A DNA stretch of 63,717 nucleotides, filler included, from Octopus bimaculoides (GCF_001194135.2; 6 parts of 5 records of this genome joined end to end with filler, not necessarily neighbours in it), one strand, 5' to 3'. Numbered from the whole stretch's first letter, positions 1-14,080 are shown. Notes: generated by a model from the letters alone, not told the origin. Program-made: numbers and translations.

Positions 1-475
1 CGGTGGGGGCCGGGGGATAAAGGGTAGGTGGGGGTGGGGGTGGAGGTTGTTAACGAGATAAGAACAAGCTACAGTGATAATTAACGCGAAGGAATAGGAA
101 ACGAGAGAGAGAAAGAGTGAAGAAGGACTGAGCTGACAGAAGGAGGAGGGTGGGAACGCGCGAGCGCGTGCATGTGTGTGTGTGTGTGTTTATGTGTGTG
201 TGCGTGCGTACACATACACACACACACAAGCGCACATATATGCATATATACTTGCATACACACATGCATATACATATATATCTATATGTATATATATAGG
301 TGTGTGTATGTATATATATATGTGTGTGTGTGTATATACATAGAGGGGGGGACAAGGGGGGCAGAGATGTGCGGATAAGGAGGCAGAGAACAAAACACAG
401 AGAGAAAGAGAGCGAAAGTGAGAGAGATGTCGAGGAGGAGGGTTAGGGTTAATAGAAAAATAGCGGAAGCAAGAA

Positions 476-522
<47 letters not shown>

Positions 523-1009
523 GAGAAGGAGTTGGAGAGAGTAAGAGAGTGACGCGGCTGAATAATGGTTATTCCAGTCTGCTGAGTCATATCGTGTTGT
601 CTTGTCAGGCCAGTTCCGACTACTACTACTACTACTACTACTNNNNNNNNNNNNNNNNNNNNNNNNNNNNNNNNNNNNNNNNNNNNNNNNNNNNNNNNNN
701 NNNNNNNNNNNNNNNNNNNNNNNNNNNNNNNNNNNNNNNNNNNNNNNNNNNNNNNNNNNNNNNNNNNNNNNNNNNNNNNNNNNNNNNNNNNNNNNNNNNN
801 NNNNNNNNNNNNNNNNNNNNNNNNNNNNNNNNNNNNNNNNNNNNNNNNNNNNNNNNNNNNNNNNNNNNNNNNNNNNNNNNNNNNNNNNNNNNNNNNNNNN
901 NNNNNNNNNNNNNNNNNNNNNNNNNNNNNNNNNNNNNNNNNNNNNNNNNNNNNNNNNNNNNNNNNNNNNNNNNNNNNNNNNNNNNNNNNNNNNNNNNNNN
1001 NNNNNNNNN

Positions 1010-1050
<41 letters not shown>

Positions 1051-1157
1051 CATACACATAGTGGCGGAAACAGATTTCTGAATAACGATGAAAGGAATAA
1101 GTTATATCATATGCATGCCTGTCTTTGTGTCTGCATCTTTGTGTAGATATCTATAGC

Positions 1158-1224
<67 letters not shown>

Positions 1225-1569
1225 GTCTGCCTGTCTGTTTGACTGTCTGTTCGTCTGCCTGTCTATCTATCTATCTATCTACCTGTCTGGCCATCCGGCT
1301 AACAATTTATTTGTCTATCTGTTTCGATTTCTGAACCTGGTAACGCGTTTTATTCTTGAGCAAAACACTTCAAAAATGAGTAATTGACCCCAGGACTTAT
1401 TCTTTGTAAGCCCAGTACTTATTTATCGGGGTTTTGTGCCGAACTACAAAGTCACTTGGACGTAAACACACCAACATCGGTTATCAAGTGTTCCGTCTGT
1501 GTGGGGAATATATAGACCGGCCCTTATGAGTTGGCATGGCCCGAAAAAGAAGTTATAGTTATAATTGAT

Positions 1570-1700
1570 AGAACAGCAAAAAACGAAGACACGTGTGTGA
1601 ACAAGAAGCAGGTGTATTAGTTTGACGCTCGGGAAAGTGAAAAAGTCTTTTGCGCTTCGAGGCTACGCTTTTGGACAGAAAGGAATAAGAGGAAATAGAT
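1570..1700 (-). mobile_element. Same hammerhead-bearing family, copy 1 (degenerate)
   Basis: Shares gtattagtttgacgctcggga...aagtcttt...ttcga..ctacgct..cagaaag with copy 2; core decayed to CTGTCCA/GAAGCGC. Confidence 0.55.
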
Positions 1701-2646
1701 AGAGAGAGATATAAAAAAAAACTTGTGGATTTAGCTGCCAATCACGGTGACTGATTAGAAAAAAGTTTGAAAGAAGAGGTTGAAAGAAGGGGAGATAATA
1801 AAGTATTGGTGATCCCAAAACGAAAGTGCACGTGTGTGAGAATGTGTAAATGTGTGTGTATGGATAGAGGCTAGTGACTTTGATGTGTGTGGGTGTGTGC
1901 GAGTATGTGTGTATATATATATGTATATATATATGTCACTCTCTCTCTCTCTCTCTCACTCTCACTCCTTTGCTAACGTGGTTCCCACGTAACCATCGGC
2001 CATTTTTCTTTCTTCTCCAAACATGTGTTTCTCTCTTTCTTCCTGTTGCAGCTGGATAAAGAAGACGTGTTCTTGTCTGTCTCCTGTCCAAGCGTGTTTC
2101 TACGCGTTCGCCACCACAACCTCGTTTAGGCTTAGCAGCCCTTCCCGTTTGTTTTCACTGACCTGTTTTTGTCACCAATTTTGATCCTCCGCAAAATCCT
2201 AAATTTTATTTAATTTGCTTTGCGGGAGCAACTGTTTTATCGAAGGCGTATCTTGTGAAATTCTCGGAGAGAACTTGGTCTCAGCAATTCAATCCAATCC
2301 GATCCAAAATTTATATANNNNNNNNNNNNNNNNNNNNNNNNNNNNNNNNNNNNNNNNNNNNNNNNNNNNNNNNNNNNNNNNNNNNNNNNNNNNNNNNNNN
2401 NNNNNNNNNNNNNNNNNNNNNNNNNNNNNNNNNNNNNNNNNNNNNNNNNNNNNNNNNNNNNNNNNNNNNNNNNNNNNNNNNNNNNNNNNNNNNNNNNNNN
2501 NNNNNNNNNNNNNNNNNNNNNNNNNNNNNNNNNNNNNNNNNNNNNNNNNNNNNNNNNNNNNNNNNNNNNNNNNNNNNNNNNNNNNNNNNNNNNNNNNNNN
2601 NNNNNNNNNNNNNNNNNNNNNNNNNNNNNNNNNNNNNNNNNNNTAT

Positions 2647-2677
<31 letters not shown>

Positions 2678-2739
2678 AATGGGTAGATATATATGTATAC
2701 ACACACACGCGCACACACATAATATACATATATTTGTGA

Positions 2740-2779
<40 letters not shown>

Positions 2780-3696
2780 AAATATAAAAATATATATATA
2801 TAACATAAATATGTGTATGTGCGCATATACGCCAGTATGTGCTTGCGTTTGTGCGCGTGTGTGTACGCGCATGTGTGTGAACGCGTGTCTGTGTGCATGC
2901 GTGTGTATGAGTAGGAGAGAGAGAGGGGGCGAGAAGAGAGAGAAAAAGAGAAGGGGAATATTTTGGATGAACGCATCCACTTCTAGGAAAAAGGCTTAAA
3001 AGAAAAAAAAATATTGTAAAGATATTTACATAATTGTTTTTACACAAACAAATTTTTGCAGCCATTAAAATCTAAAGAATGAAAAAAAAAATATTTGAGC
3101 CAATGTTAAAGCGAATAACTTTACACACGAGAGAATAATTTTCACATTGAAAATTCTGAAGAAAATTTTCAGAAAAATCTACTGTTTGTAATAAACATTA
3201 TGTTTAATCATTATAATTAGCTTATATTTTTGTTATTATCATTGTGAACTTTTCAAAATTCAAATGAATTATTTACAATCGTTTAAATATATTCAAACGA
3301 AGAAAATTAAATTAAAGCTGCTTGAAAATCCTATCAGAAAATCATGGGGAAAATGTCGACTTAATCACTGAAATGTATTCTATTTTGATGGAAAGTTCCA
3401 GATATGTAAAAATTATTTTCGAAACCAATTTATTAACCGTGATGTATTAAGTATTAAAGTCACCGCTTTTATGCGATTGTAGAATTGATCGCGTATAATA
3501 AACAGGAGTGCCGTAGCGGAAACAGATTAGTGTTAATTCTATCTATCTATCTATCTATCTATCTATATATATATATATATATATANNNNNNNNNNATTAT
3601 TCTAATTATATATTTTGCATTCTATCATCTATATGCATATCTTTCTATATGTGTGTATATTTATACATACATATGCATATATAAATATGCATACAT

Positions 3697-3727
<31 letters not shown>

Positions 3728-4835
3728 CATACAAATATATGTACGTGTGTGTGTGTGTGTGTGCATCGTGTAAATACAGTGAACAATAAAAGCGTCAAAA
3801 CAGGAGAGGCAATGTATAACAAGTACAGCATTAGCTTCACATTTAAATGATAAAAGAAGATACCTTAACATTTCGGGCGTTAAACATTCATCAGAAGAAA
3901 GCGGAAAATATAGAGAGAATGAAAATGACAAGAGTGAGAGAAAAGGACACACACATACACAAGACAATCTCCCCGAGAACTACGTTACGGGTACACGTGT
4001 CTGTGGGGTGCTCAGCCACGTTAATAAATGAGCTGCGACGTCACTGGTGCCAAGCTGTATCGACCCCTTTGCCTTTGCCTTGGATAACATCGGTGGCGTA
4101 GAGTGAGGAGGCTGGTATGCATGGGCGACTGCTGGTCTTCCATAAACAACCTTGCCAAAACTTGTGCCCCGGAGGGTAACTTTCTAGGTGCAATCCCATG
4201 GTCATTCATGACCGAAGGGGGTCACAACAACAACGTTTGTGCAGTGTTTGGCTACAACTTCTAGCAGATCTACCGAACGCATTTAGGATCCTTTATTGAC
4301 ATGGGTAGGAAGAGCAATTTCTTGGCGTGTCAAGACAGTAATCTGGGTTCGATTCACGGTCGATTTGACTTCAGCTGAGCAAATGGAAGAAATACACCCG
4401 TTGTAACTTCCCATTTCAATTTTTCAACGAAAATATACACTTAATACCCTAATTTAATACCGGAAGTTAATACCCCAATAGGGTGTTAACTTCCGTTGAC
4501 TTTTCCCATTGCAATGAAGTTTTTTGGAGCCTGACAAATTGGTTTAAAGAGATCCGATTTACTTCAAGTTCTTCTCTCCCTTCATTCTCTCGCTCCCTCG
4601 CTCCCTCCTTCTGTCTCCTTATCTCTCTTTCCCCTCTCTACTTGTTTATTGCTTTCTCTATCTTCTCCCTATTCTCCCTCCCCGTCTTTCATTGTCTCTC
4701 TAGTTATCTGCCTATTTGCCTATCTATCCATCCTCTATATCTGCCTGTATAACTGTTTGTCTATCTCTCTCTCTGTATCTATCTATCTATTTATCTATCT
4801 ATCTCCCTCTCTTCCTCTCTTTATATATCTTTTTC

Positions 4836-4903
<68 letters not shown>

Positions 4904-5324
4904 GCAGTATTGAGAGCGAATTTGTGTACGACTAACGCTACAAACTATTCTTAGACGACAGTATCGGGTGCTTTTTTTCTTCTTCTTCTTTTGCTTATAT
5001 TTCAAACTTTTGTTTTTACACAAAGTTTCAGCAATTTTATGGAGACGTATCAGTTTGAATGCTTTCATCTTGCATTTGAGATCACGGCTCTTCTATGAGT
5101 TGATGTTTTATCTTTCTGTTTTTAAATATTTGAAATTTTCACATAAAGAACGGCTCGGTTTCTAAGAAAGAAACAGAGTTCCTTGGTTGGAATTTTGATA
5201 AAAGAACGACAAAGAGTTTATACGTTGAATATTATATCTGGTATTATATATATATATATGTATGCAAGCTTTTCTTTCAGATTTATTTAAGATCTTTTCA
5301 GAATTCGTGAAGGCACGTGATCTG

Positions 5325-5545
5325 TTGGCTAGAGTGTAGCATTCGCGATCGCAACTTCGTGGTTTCGATTTCCGGAACGAAGGTGCATTGTATTCTTGAG
5401 CAAAACACTTCATTTCATGGAACTACAATCGGCTCAGTTGTAGATGATTAACCTTGCGATAGACTGGGGCCTCTCGCTCAGTGGAAATGTTGTGGTCTTT
5501 GCCATTCATGGAAACCGGGTAACCAGCCATACAAGTCCTAGGACT
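5325..5545 (+). mobile_element. tRNA-derived SINE (cttgagcaaaacacttcatttca family)
   Basis: B-box-like ggtttcgatttcc followed by a core shared with 43405-43600; an opposite-strand relative lies at 5660-5830. Confidence 0.6.
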
Positions 5546-5659
5546 CGAAATTGTTGTGTTCGGGGATTTAACTTTACGTTTGAAGAATTCCAACCGATCA
5601 CCTCCCAAATGATAATTTTTTTTTACGCCAAATTATTTCCAGTGATTTAGATCGGGTTA

Positions 5660-5830
5660 CCTTCTCGTGCCATGCAAACCCATAAGGGCCGGTTTCTCGG
5701 TTTCCATGGCGTATATATCCCGCCAGTCCGTCGCAGGATTACTCACTTTTGCCAGCTGAGTGGACTGGTGCAACGGGAAATGAACCGGGAATCATATGGT
5801 TGATAAGCAAGCATCTTAGCACACAGCCAC
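5660..5830 (-). mobile_element. SINE related to 5325-5545, opposite orientation
   Basis: Minus strand reads ...ccactcagctggcaaaagtgagtaatcctgcgacggactgg...ccatggaaaccgagaaaccggccc, similar to the 3' part of 5325-5545. Confidence 0.55.
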
Positions 5831-5840
5831 GTCTATATTC

Positions 5841-5878
<38 letters not shown>

Positions 5879-6028
5879 CTGTGTGTGCGCGTGTGTTTGT
5901 GTGTGTGTTCATAAATAAGCAATGTGGTTCACTAAAATAGCATTTCAAAAATGTCCGAAATGGTGACAGATTTCTTTGATATACGCGCATGCGCGCAAGC
6001 ACACACACACACACACACACGCACACAA

Positions 6029-6059
<31 letters not shown>

Positions 6060-6213
6060 ATGCCCAGTCTTTCCTTGCGATACTTCACCTTCGTTTCCTC
6101 ACCCTTTCTCTCTCTCCTTCTTTTCTCAGCACATTGCAACAAACGTCTCTGTTTGTTTCTATTCCTCCCTCTCTCTCCACCACATTCTCTCACTTTCTGA
6201 ACGCGCGCGTTTC

Positions 6214-6273
<60 letters not shown>

Positions 6274-6610
6274 CAATTGTTGTTGTCATGGTGGTGTCAT
6301 TGTTAAGTCACTGTGTCACAATGACACAGCAGTTATTGTCATTGCATCAATGGTTAGTAATATTATTTTTGCCCCCTCTCTAGACTTACACACTACAGAT
6401 ATGTACATATGCATGAACATTCAGACAGACAGACGGATGGACGAACGGACGGATGGATGGATGGATGGATGGATGGATGGATATGTGTATGTGCTTGGGT
6501 GGAGAGACATACAGAGATAGAGAGAGGTTAATTAGATATTTTTAATGTGTGTGTATGTGTGGGTGGGATATACGTACATACATTCATTTACGTGTGGGTG
6601 GGTGTGAGTG

Positions 6611-6738
<128 letters not shown>

Positions 6739-7216
6739 CACATGTGTGAATGTGTGTATGTAAGTGAATGCGTTTGTGTATAATTTAGATGTATATATGT
6801 GTATTTATGTATGTGTATGTAAGCATGTATGTAAGCATGTATGTATGTATGTATGTATGTATGTATGTATGTATGCGTGTGTGTCTGGATCTGTTTCCGC
6901 CTGAAAATACTTAGAAGTTTGTAAATGTGAATTTAATTAGTTAGTCAATAATCAGATGTTTTCTCAAAGTAGAATCCAAATAGACACACACATAAACACA
7001 CACACACATTCACATACACGTACACAGACACAAACATCTACGNNNNNNNNNNNNNNNNNNNNNNNNNNNNNNNNNNNNNNNNNNNNNNNNNNNNNNNNNN
7101 NNNNNNNNNNNNNNNNNNNNNNNNNNNNNNNNNNNNNNNNNNNNNNNNNNNNNNNNNNNNNNNNNNNNNNNNNNNNNNNNNNNNNNNNNNNNNNNNNNNN
7201 NNNNNNATATATATAT

Positions 7217-7248
<32 letters not shown>

Positions 7249-8361
7249 GTAGAAGGTTGAAAAGGAACACGAGTGGGACGTTTTTTCCATATATATATAC
7301 AGATATATGTGTGTGTGTGTGTAGATATGTATATATATATACATATTTGTATGTATATACATATATATGCATATATATACACACACACACACATATATGT
7401 AAATGTGTGTATGCATTTGTGCATACAGTTTTGTGTGTATGCGCGCGCGTGTCTGTGTGGTTTCAAGCAAAGAAGAATGCAATATGCAGTAAATGGTTGT
7501 TAGTCATGTGTATCGGAATGGACCAAACTACCCGGCAGGCAGTCTCTACAGTGGAATCATACAAGTAAAGAGAAGAGAAGTAAGGCAACTAAAAGAGGGA
7601 AGCAAATAAATGAAAAACGGATAGAATGGGTGAGTAGTAGAGGGGTAGGGAGCTCGGAAGAGGTGACTGTTAACGAAGACAGGTTCAGAGAGTACCAATA
7701 TTTTTTGGCACGTAGAGAGAGGTTTGAATGTAGTGGAAAATCAAAATTTAAACTAACTTATTTCCCAGGGAGAAGTTATCCTCAACTGGAAAGTCAGTCC
7801 CTGTTCCCGGAGGAGTCGAATGGCTGAATCAAATCGTGAAGGAAAATACCAATGACAAAATGTTGATGATAGTAATATCCAGGAGAGCTGAAGTGCTATT
7901 CAAAAGATCTTTAAAATTCTTTACTTCGTACGTCTAGCGTTCGGCTGGTCGAAGACTTTCTGATTTATGGCGGCAATAAATATAGCTTCTCACCATTAAA
8001 TTAAGATTTATATTTTGATATTTCTGAATTCTTAACACATGAATGTCATGTAGTCTTGTATAATATTGTAAAACGTTCCAAATTAATCAAAAGTTCTTCT
8101 TTTGTCTACGTACATCTTATATTCAACAGTTAGTCCACTTCGTATATAAGCATAAACTCTATTGTTGCATTTCTATAATCGCTTGAGAATCGTTAACATG
8201 AAACTCGGTATTTGTGAAAACTCAGCTGAGAACTCCATAGACACGCGTACCCTTAACGTAGTTCTCGGGGAGATTCAACGTGACACAGAGTGTGACAAGG
8301 CTGGCCCTTTGAAATATAGGGACAACAGAAACAGGAAGAAAGAGTGAGTGAAAGAACACAG

Positions 8362-8510
8362 CAGGATTCACCACCATCCCCTGCCGGAGCCTCGTGAAGC
8401 TTTAGGTGCTTTCGCTCAATAAACACTCACAATGCCCGGTATGGGAATCGAAACCGCGAACCTATGACCGCGAGTCCGCTGTCCTAACCACTGGGCTATT
8501 TGCGCCTCCA
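8362..8510 (-). mobile_element. tRNA-derived SINE, same family as 17536
   Basis: Reverse complement matches 17536-17665 along its length (...taaagctccacgaggctccggcag). Confidence 0.75.
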
Positions 8511-8639
8511 CACTCGTATTATAAGCTCTTTGAGATACAACGTTTTTCTATTTTTTAAAATATTTTCTAAGCTTGTCAAATTCTTTTGCCGTGGTATTAT
8601 GATCACAAGAAATGCTTACGTCGATCAATAAACAGATTT

Positions 8640-9365
8640 TATAGTTTTGGTTTTTCCACTACAATATCCGGTTTATTAGCTTTGATGGTTTTATCTGTAT
8701 GTACCTGAAACCCCCAAGGATTCGCGGCATTTTCGTTTTCAGTTACATCTTCGGGCGAACGGTGGTGTATAACAATTTTGATTTTGCAATGTTGGCATAT
8801 TAACCAGTATAGATATTGGCCAACTCTGTCGTGTCTTGAGTTATACCCTGCTGGTGCTAAAACTTTACATCCAGAAATTAGGTGATCCACTGCTTCGATT
8901 TCATCATTGCAGAATCGGCGGCCTTTTGAATCTATTCGATTTGTCATCACATTTGCTTGGTAATTACGGGTCTCAATAAATTTTGATCTTCAGTAGCTAA
9001 TATGAAGCCTTCGCTCTATGCTTTTAGTTGTGGGCTCCGTAGCCACTGGTGGGCGTGCTTCTAGTCTACATCAGCTTGTCTGCTACAGGTCACATATTTG
9101 CCATGCAGAGGTATCTGCTCTCACCCATCAGCCAATTGTTCAAACGCTTTTTGTTTTTCTTTGTTATTAATTTCACCTTCTTCACGAAAACAGTCGCTGC
9201 ACCCCTCAAGCTGTTTATCCTGGCTATCATATACTATACACACTTAGTAGCAAATTTTTTGCTCCCCTTCATAAGAGAATGAAGCTTTTCACGCCCCTCG
9301 TGATTTTCAACACGTTTTAGCATCCAGTCGTTAGATATTTGACCAGACAAATAGTGGTGGTTTTT
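8640..9365 (-). mobile_element. Degenerate RLE-type non-LTR retrotransposon fragment (R4/Dong-like C-terminal region)
   Basis: Minus-strand translation with stops and a frameshift: PLHGKY...HQWLRSPQLKA*SEGFILATEDQNL / RNYQ...RRFC..EAVDHLISGCKVLA..YNSRHDRVGQYLYW..WGFQVHTDKTIKANKPDIVV. This is a CCHC knuckle, RHD motif and the start of a PD-(D/E)xK endonuclease. Confidence 0.85.
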
Positions 9366-9373
9366 GTAAGAGA

Positions 9374-9413
<40 letters not shown>

Positions 9414-9460
9414 AAGTATGACTCTTAGATTGTTGTGCCAGATGCACACACATGTATATT

Positions 9461-9518
<58 letters not shown>

Positions 9519-11084
9519 TTACAAATATAATCTGAATACAGCCATGTAAAAGTAGCGAACAAAACAGTAGATATTAGTAGAAACAGTTGATAAACATCTC
9601 GTTTATTTTCATTAACCTATTGTCAGATTTCAAACAACTGCCACTTGCTTTATTTTATTTGTGTGCGTGTGTGTGTATTTTTACCGAGGAGAACAACAGC
9701 TTAAAGCTATAAAGAAAATGCCGTTTAGATTAAAAGATTACACACACACATTNNNNNNNNNNNNNNNNNNNNNNNNNNNNNNNNNNNNNNNNNNNNNNNN
9801 NNNNNNNNNNNNNNNNNNNNNNNNNNNNNNNNNNNNNNNNNNNNNNNNNNNNNNNNNNNNNNNNNNNNNNNNNNNNNNNNNNNNNNNNNNNNNNNNNNNN
9901 NNNNNNNNNNNNNNNNNNNNNNNNNNNNNNNNNNNNNNNNNNNNNNNNNNNNNNNNNNNNNNNNNNNNNNNNNNNNNNNNNNNNNNNNNNNNNNNNNNNN
10001 NNNNNNNNNNNNNNNNNNNNNNNNNNNNNNNNNNNNNNNNNNNNNNNNNNNNNNNNNNNNNNNNNNNNNNNNNNNNNNNNNNNNNNNNNNNNNNNNTATA
10101 TACACGCGTTGTATTCTTTAGATAGGTGATAATAATTGCTAATTGGTGTTACTTTCTGCATATTGGTGGTACTACTTTCTAATACGTTCGTATTTGTCAG
10201 AGTTGCCATCTGCACATCGACTGCTACGTTTTGGAACATTGCTGTAACGATTCGTTTCTCAGGAATATCATATTACCATTTTGAGGAGTATACATGGATG
10301 GATGGATGGATGGGTAGACGTTAAACTGTATCCTGTGGTGACGCTCCAGTTTGGGCGTTCATGGGTTTTATGGAGTATATAATTACCTCTTAGGCATCAC
10401 AACTCACAGGGTTGCTCTGGCACAAGGGATTGCCTGTCAAAGAGCTTTTGTTAGGGATTAAATAACAGAAGATGATTCTGTAGTTAAGGTATATAGGTTT
10501 CAGAGGAGTCTATTCATAGTTTCTGCCCACTATTCCTTGGTGGGGGGGGGGGAGTCCTCAAGCCCCTTATCCATAGGAGCCTATGAGAAGCAACGGTCAT
10601 TAGACTTTCCGGTTGGATTTCGAAACGAGACCAACAAAGAACATGGATATTATCCAATCATCTTGTTCTTAGTCCACCCTTAGGTTTCCTGTCGGTTAGC
10701 TCTCGGTTGAAGAATCTTGTCTTGCGATTCTTTCCTGCCTCAAAGATTAATGACCCTTGCCCTCTAACCAAAGGCCTTTCATGAATGCTGGAGGTCCACC
10801 ACATGGAAATGGGATCTGAACGCAAAAAGAACAAGAAGGAAAGAATGACGAATAAGAGGGAAGTTGTTAGAAAGCTGTGCACGGGATAAGAGTTGAAATG
10901 AGGGAGAGTTAGCTGCTACTTCTCATGACCATGTAGATGGTTAAAGGAAATATGTAGCTAGAACTGACTTTGTTAAGAGAAAACAGACGATGAATGCTGC
11001 TGCAGTATGTTTGATTTCGGTTTGGGTTTGGATATGCTTAAAATGTGAGATTTGAGTTGTAGCCATTTGGCAGGAGGTTTGCCT

Positions 11085-11130
11085 TTGTGTGTGTGTGTGT
11101 GTGTGCGTGTGTGTGTGCGTGTGTGTGTGT

Positions 11131-11211
<81 letters not shown>

Positions 11212-11347
11212 TGTGAGAGAGAGAGGGAGAGAGGGAGAGAGAGAGAGAGAGTTTGGTGTTTCGTATGACGTACTTATTACACAAGTATTGCTTGGCTGCA
11301 ACGAAGAGAAGAGATAAACTAAAAGAAACAGAAAAAAACAAAGAGGT

Positions 11348-11392
<45 letters not shown>

Positions 11393-11450
11393 GAGGGAGA
11401 GAGAGGGAGAGAGAGAGACAGAGAGTCAGAGACAGAGATAGAGAGAGAGA
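11085..11450. repeat. Compound (GT)n-(GA)n microsatellite; representative of dozens of (AT)n, (GT)n, (GA)n, (ATCT)n, (ATGT)n and (AAT)n tracts in the window
   Basis: Read directly. Most N gaps are bordered by such tracts. Confidence 0.95.
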
Positions 11451-11975
11451 AATGAAGGAAAGGAGACAATGAAAGACGATGTAAAAGAAGAAGGAAGAGA
11501 GTAAGATGAGAGGAAAAAAAAAAAAAAAAGAAGGAACGAAGTAGCGGGTAAGAACAAGTGCGCGCGTTTGTGCGTAAGTGTATATGTGAGTACATGTGTA
11601 TGAATATATGAATATCTGTATGTGTGTATGTTCGTGATAGCGTAGGAGAGTGTAATAGAGAGAAAGAAGAAAACAAAAGAAAAAAATATATATATGGATA
11701 AAACAATGAGAAACTGGAGGGAGAAGAATGTGGGGGAAGATAATAAGGGTAGAATGAAAGGGGTGGGTTAGTGGTGCAAAATGGTTTTTTTTAGTTAGTG
11801 TTAACATATTTGTAGGGGAACATTTAAATAGCTTGATAGAGATAATTACGTGGTGAGACTGACGGATAGAGAGCCGCATAGTTAAGTTGAATGGTAACAT
11901 ATTTAATTTAAGTGTGGGGGGGGGGACATTAGAAGGCTAAATAGAAATAGAAATAATTAGGTGGTTGAGATAGGT

Positions 11976-12007
<32 letters not shown>

Positions 12008-12014
12008 TGAGAGA

Positions 12015-12049
<35 letters not shown>

Positions 12050-12117
12050 TGAGAGAGTGAGAGAGTGAGAGTGAGAGAGAGAGAGAGAGAGAAAGATAGA
12101 CAAGCAGACAGACAGAC

Positions 12118-12160
<43 letters not shown>

Positions 12161-12658
12161 AAGCGAAACGGAGTTTATTTATTGAGCTTGCTCTTATGAC
12201 GTCACCTGACGAGACGTTTCTGCACCGAGAGATGCACCACAACTAGTTGTGTAGTTACTAACCCCAGGATTTGTCGAAGCGATCTTTGCGAACAATAAAG
12301 TTTCCCGCGTATTCCATTTTCCGTCACTATCGTTTGTTTTATACTCAACGCACACTGAGGATTTCGTGAGGTAGAGCCAGCGAAAATTGTGTTATTACTG
12401 TGAATAACACCAGGTAGCCGTAGACAGTGAACGTGCTTTGTCAGCGTACTACTAGGAACATACCCAACACTTAAATATTAACTTCATATATATATATATA
12501 TATATATATATACCGCATTGTAAAAGGTAGCCAGAAGGAATGTAGTACTTGAATAGGTAGGTTCACAGGCAGGTAGGTAGGCAGTTATTGCTAATATATT
12601 TGATGTAGGGCAGGGGCTGCATTAAAAAGCTATCAAGAAAAATTATGACATGCCATGC

Positions 12659-12698
<40 letters not shown>

Positions 12699-12861
12699 GT
12701 TTGTGATAACATAAGTAATGCAGAGGACGTTAAAAAGCTAAACTGAAACAAATATGCGAGGAAAATACGAAATAAACTATTAGACAATAAAAAAAAAAAA
12801 TTAACATTTTGAATCTTTCAGTGGACAACGAACATGTTTCGATCGTATAGTGCCCTCATCT

Positions 12862-12930
<69 letters not shown>

Positions 12931-14002
12931 TATTTAATATTTTTCCCTTTCAGCTTAATATCTTTAAAAAAAGCCCACCTCATTTTTGGCTTCCATACAT
13001 TACATAAAGCGTATTGCATATATCGGTGTCGGTGTCGTTGTTGTTGTTGTTGTTGTTTCATTCTATTATATAATTGTTTTGCGATGAAATTAGTGGAATG
13101 ATAAATTATTTGCAACTAAATTTGATTGAAAGTGGCGTTTTTTTGTCTATTTTATATATTTTATTAATAATTATTGTTTTCTCTATAATCGATTGAGGGA
13201 TTTTTCTTCATATATTTCTTCATTTTTTTTTTATTCGTTTCATTAAGTATAGTCATTATACATAAACGTGTGTGTGTATGTGCGTGTGAGTGTATGAGTG
13301 TGTGTGTGTGTGTACATTTATGTGTGTCAGATTTTTTCTTTTATGCGTGAAAATATTCTTATATCAATTTTTATTCTGGTATTTTTTTCTCATATATCTT
13401 CTCTTTCCTTTATGCTTTGGTTCAATCGAATAAACGATGTTTAACAACCCATCCAACCCATTCTGTCCCACCACCACTAACAAAAAATGCAGCTTCATCA
13501 GACTGCATTATATGCATAATTAATTTACATAAAGTAATACAAATAGATGGTACTGCGAATGAAAAGAGTTCAATGCTGCACTAAACATCTCACGATTACT
13601 TTGTTTCATATACATATGTATTCATACAGACGTATATATATATGTGTTTGTATGTGTGCGGGCAAGCGGGCTGCGTGTGTGTGTGTGTGTATGTGTGTGT
13701 GCATCTGTGTGTGTGTATGTGTGTGTAAGAACAAACACTAAACCAAAGGTTGATATCTTGATGTATTTAATACACGTGATTCTGGTAGTTATGTAAGATA
13801 ACATTTACGTAATACCATCTTCTTCAGTTGATATTTCAAAATTTATATATATATCAGCCACTTACGCATTAAATCAATGAGCAAGAAATTCACTTGGTTG
13901 AACAAGTGAATCCTCATTGCCAGTGACAGAGATCCGTCCAGTTATATACTGCTGCCGAGGTTATTGACTCTAGAAATATGTGTGTGTATGCATGTATGTA
14001 TG

Positions 14003-14080
<78 letters not shown>

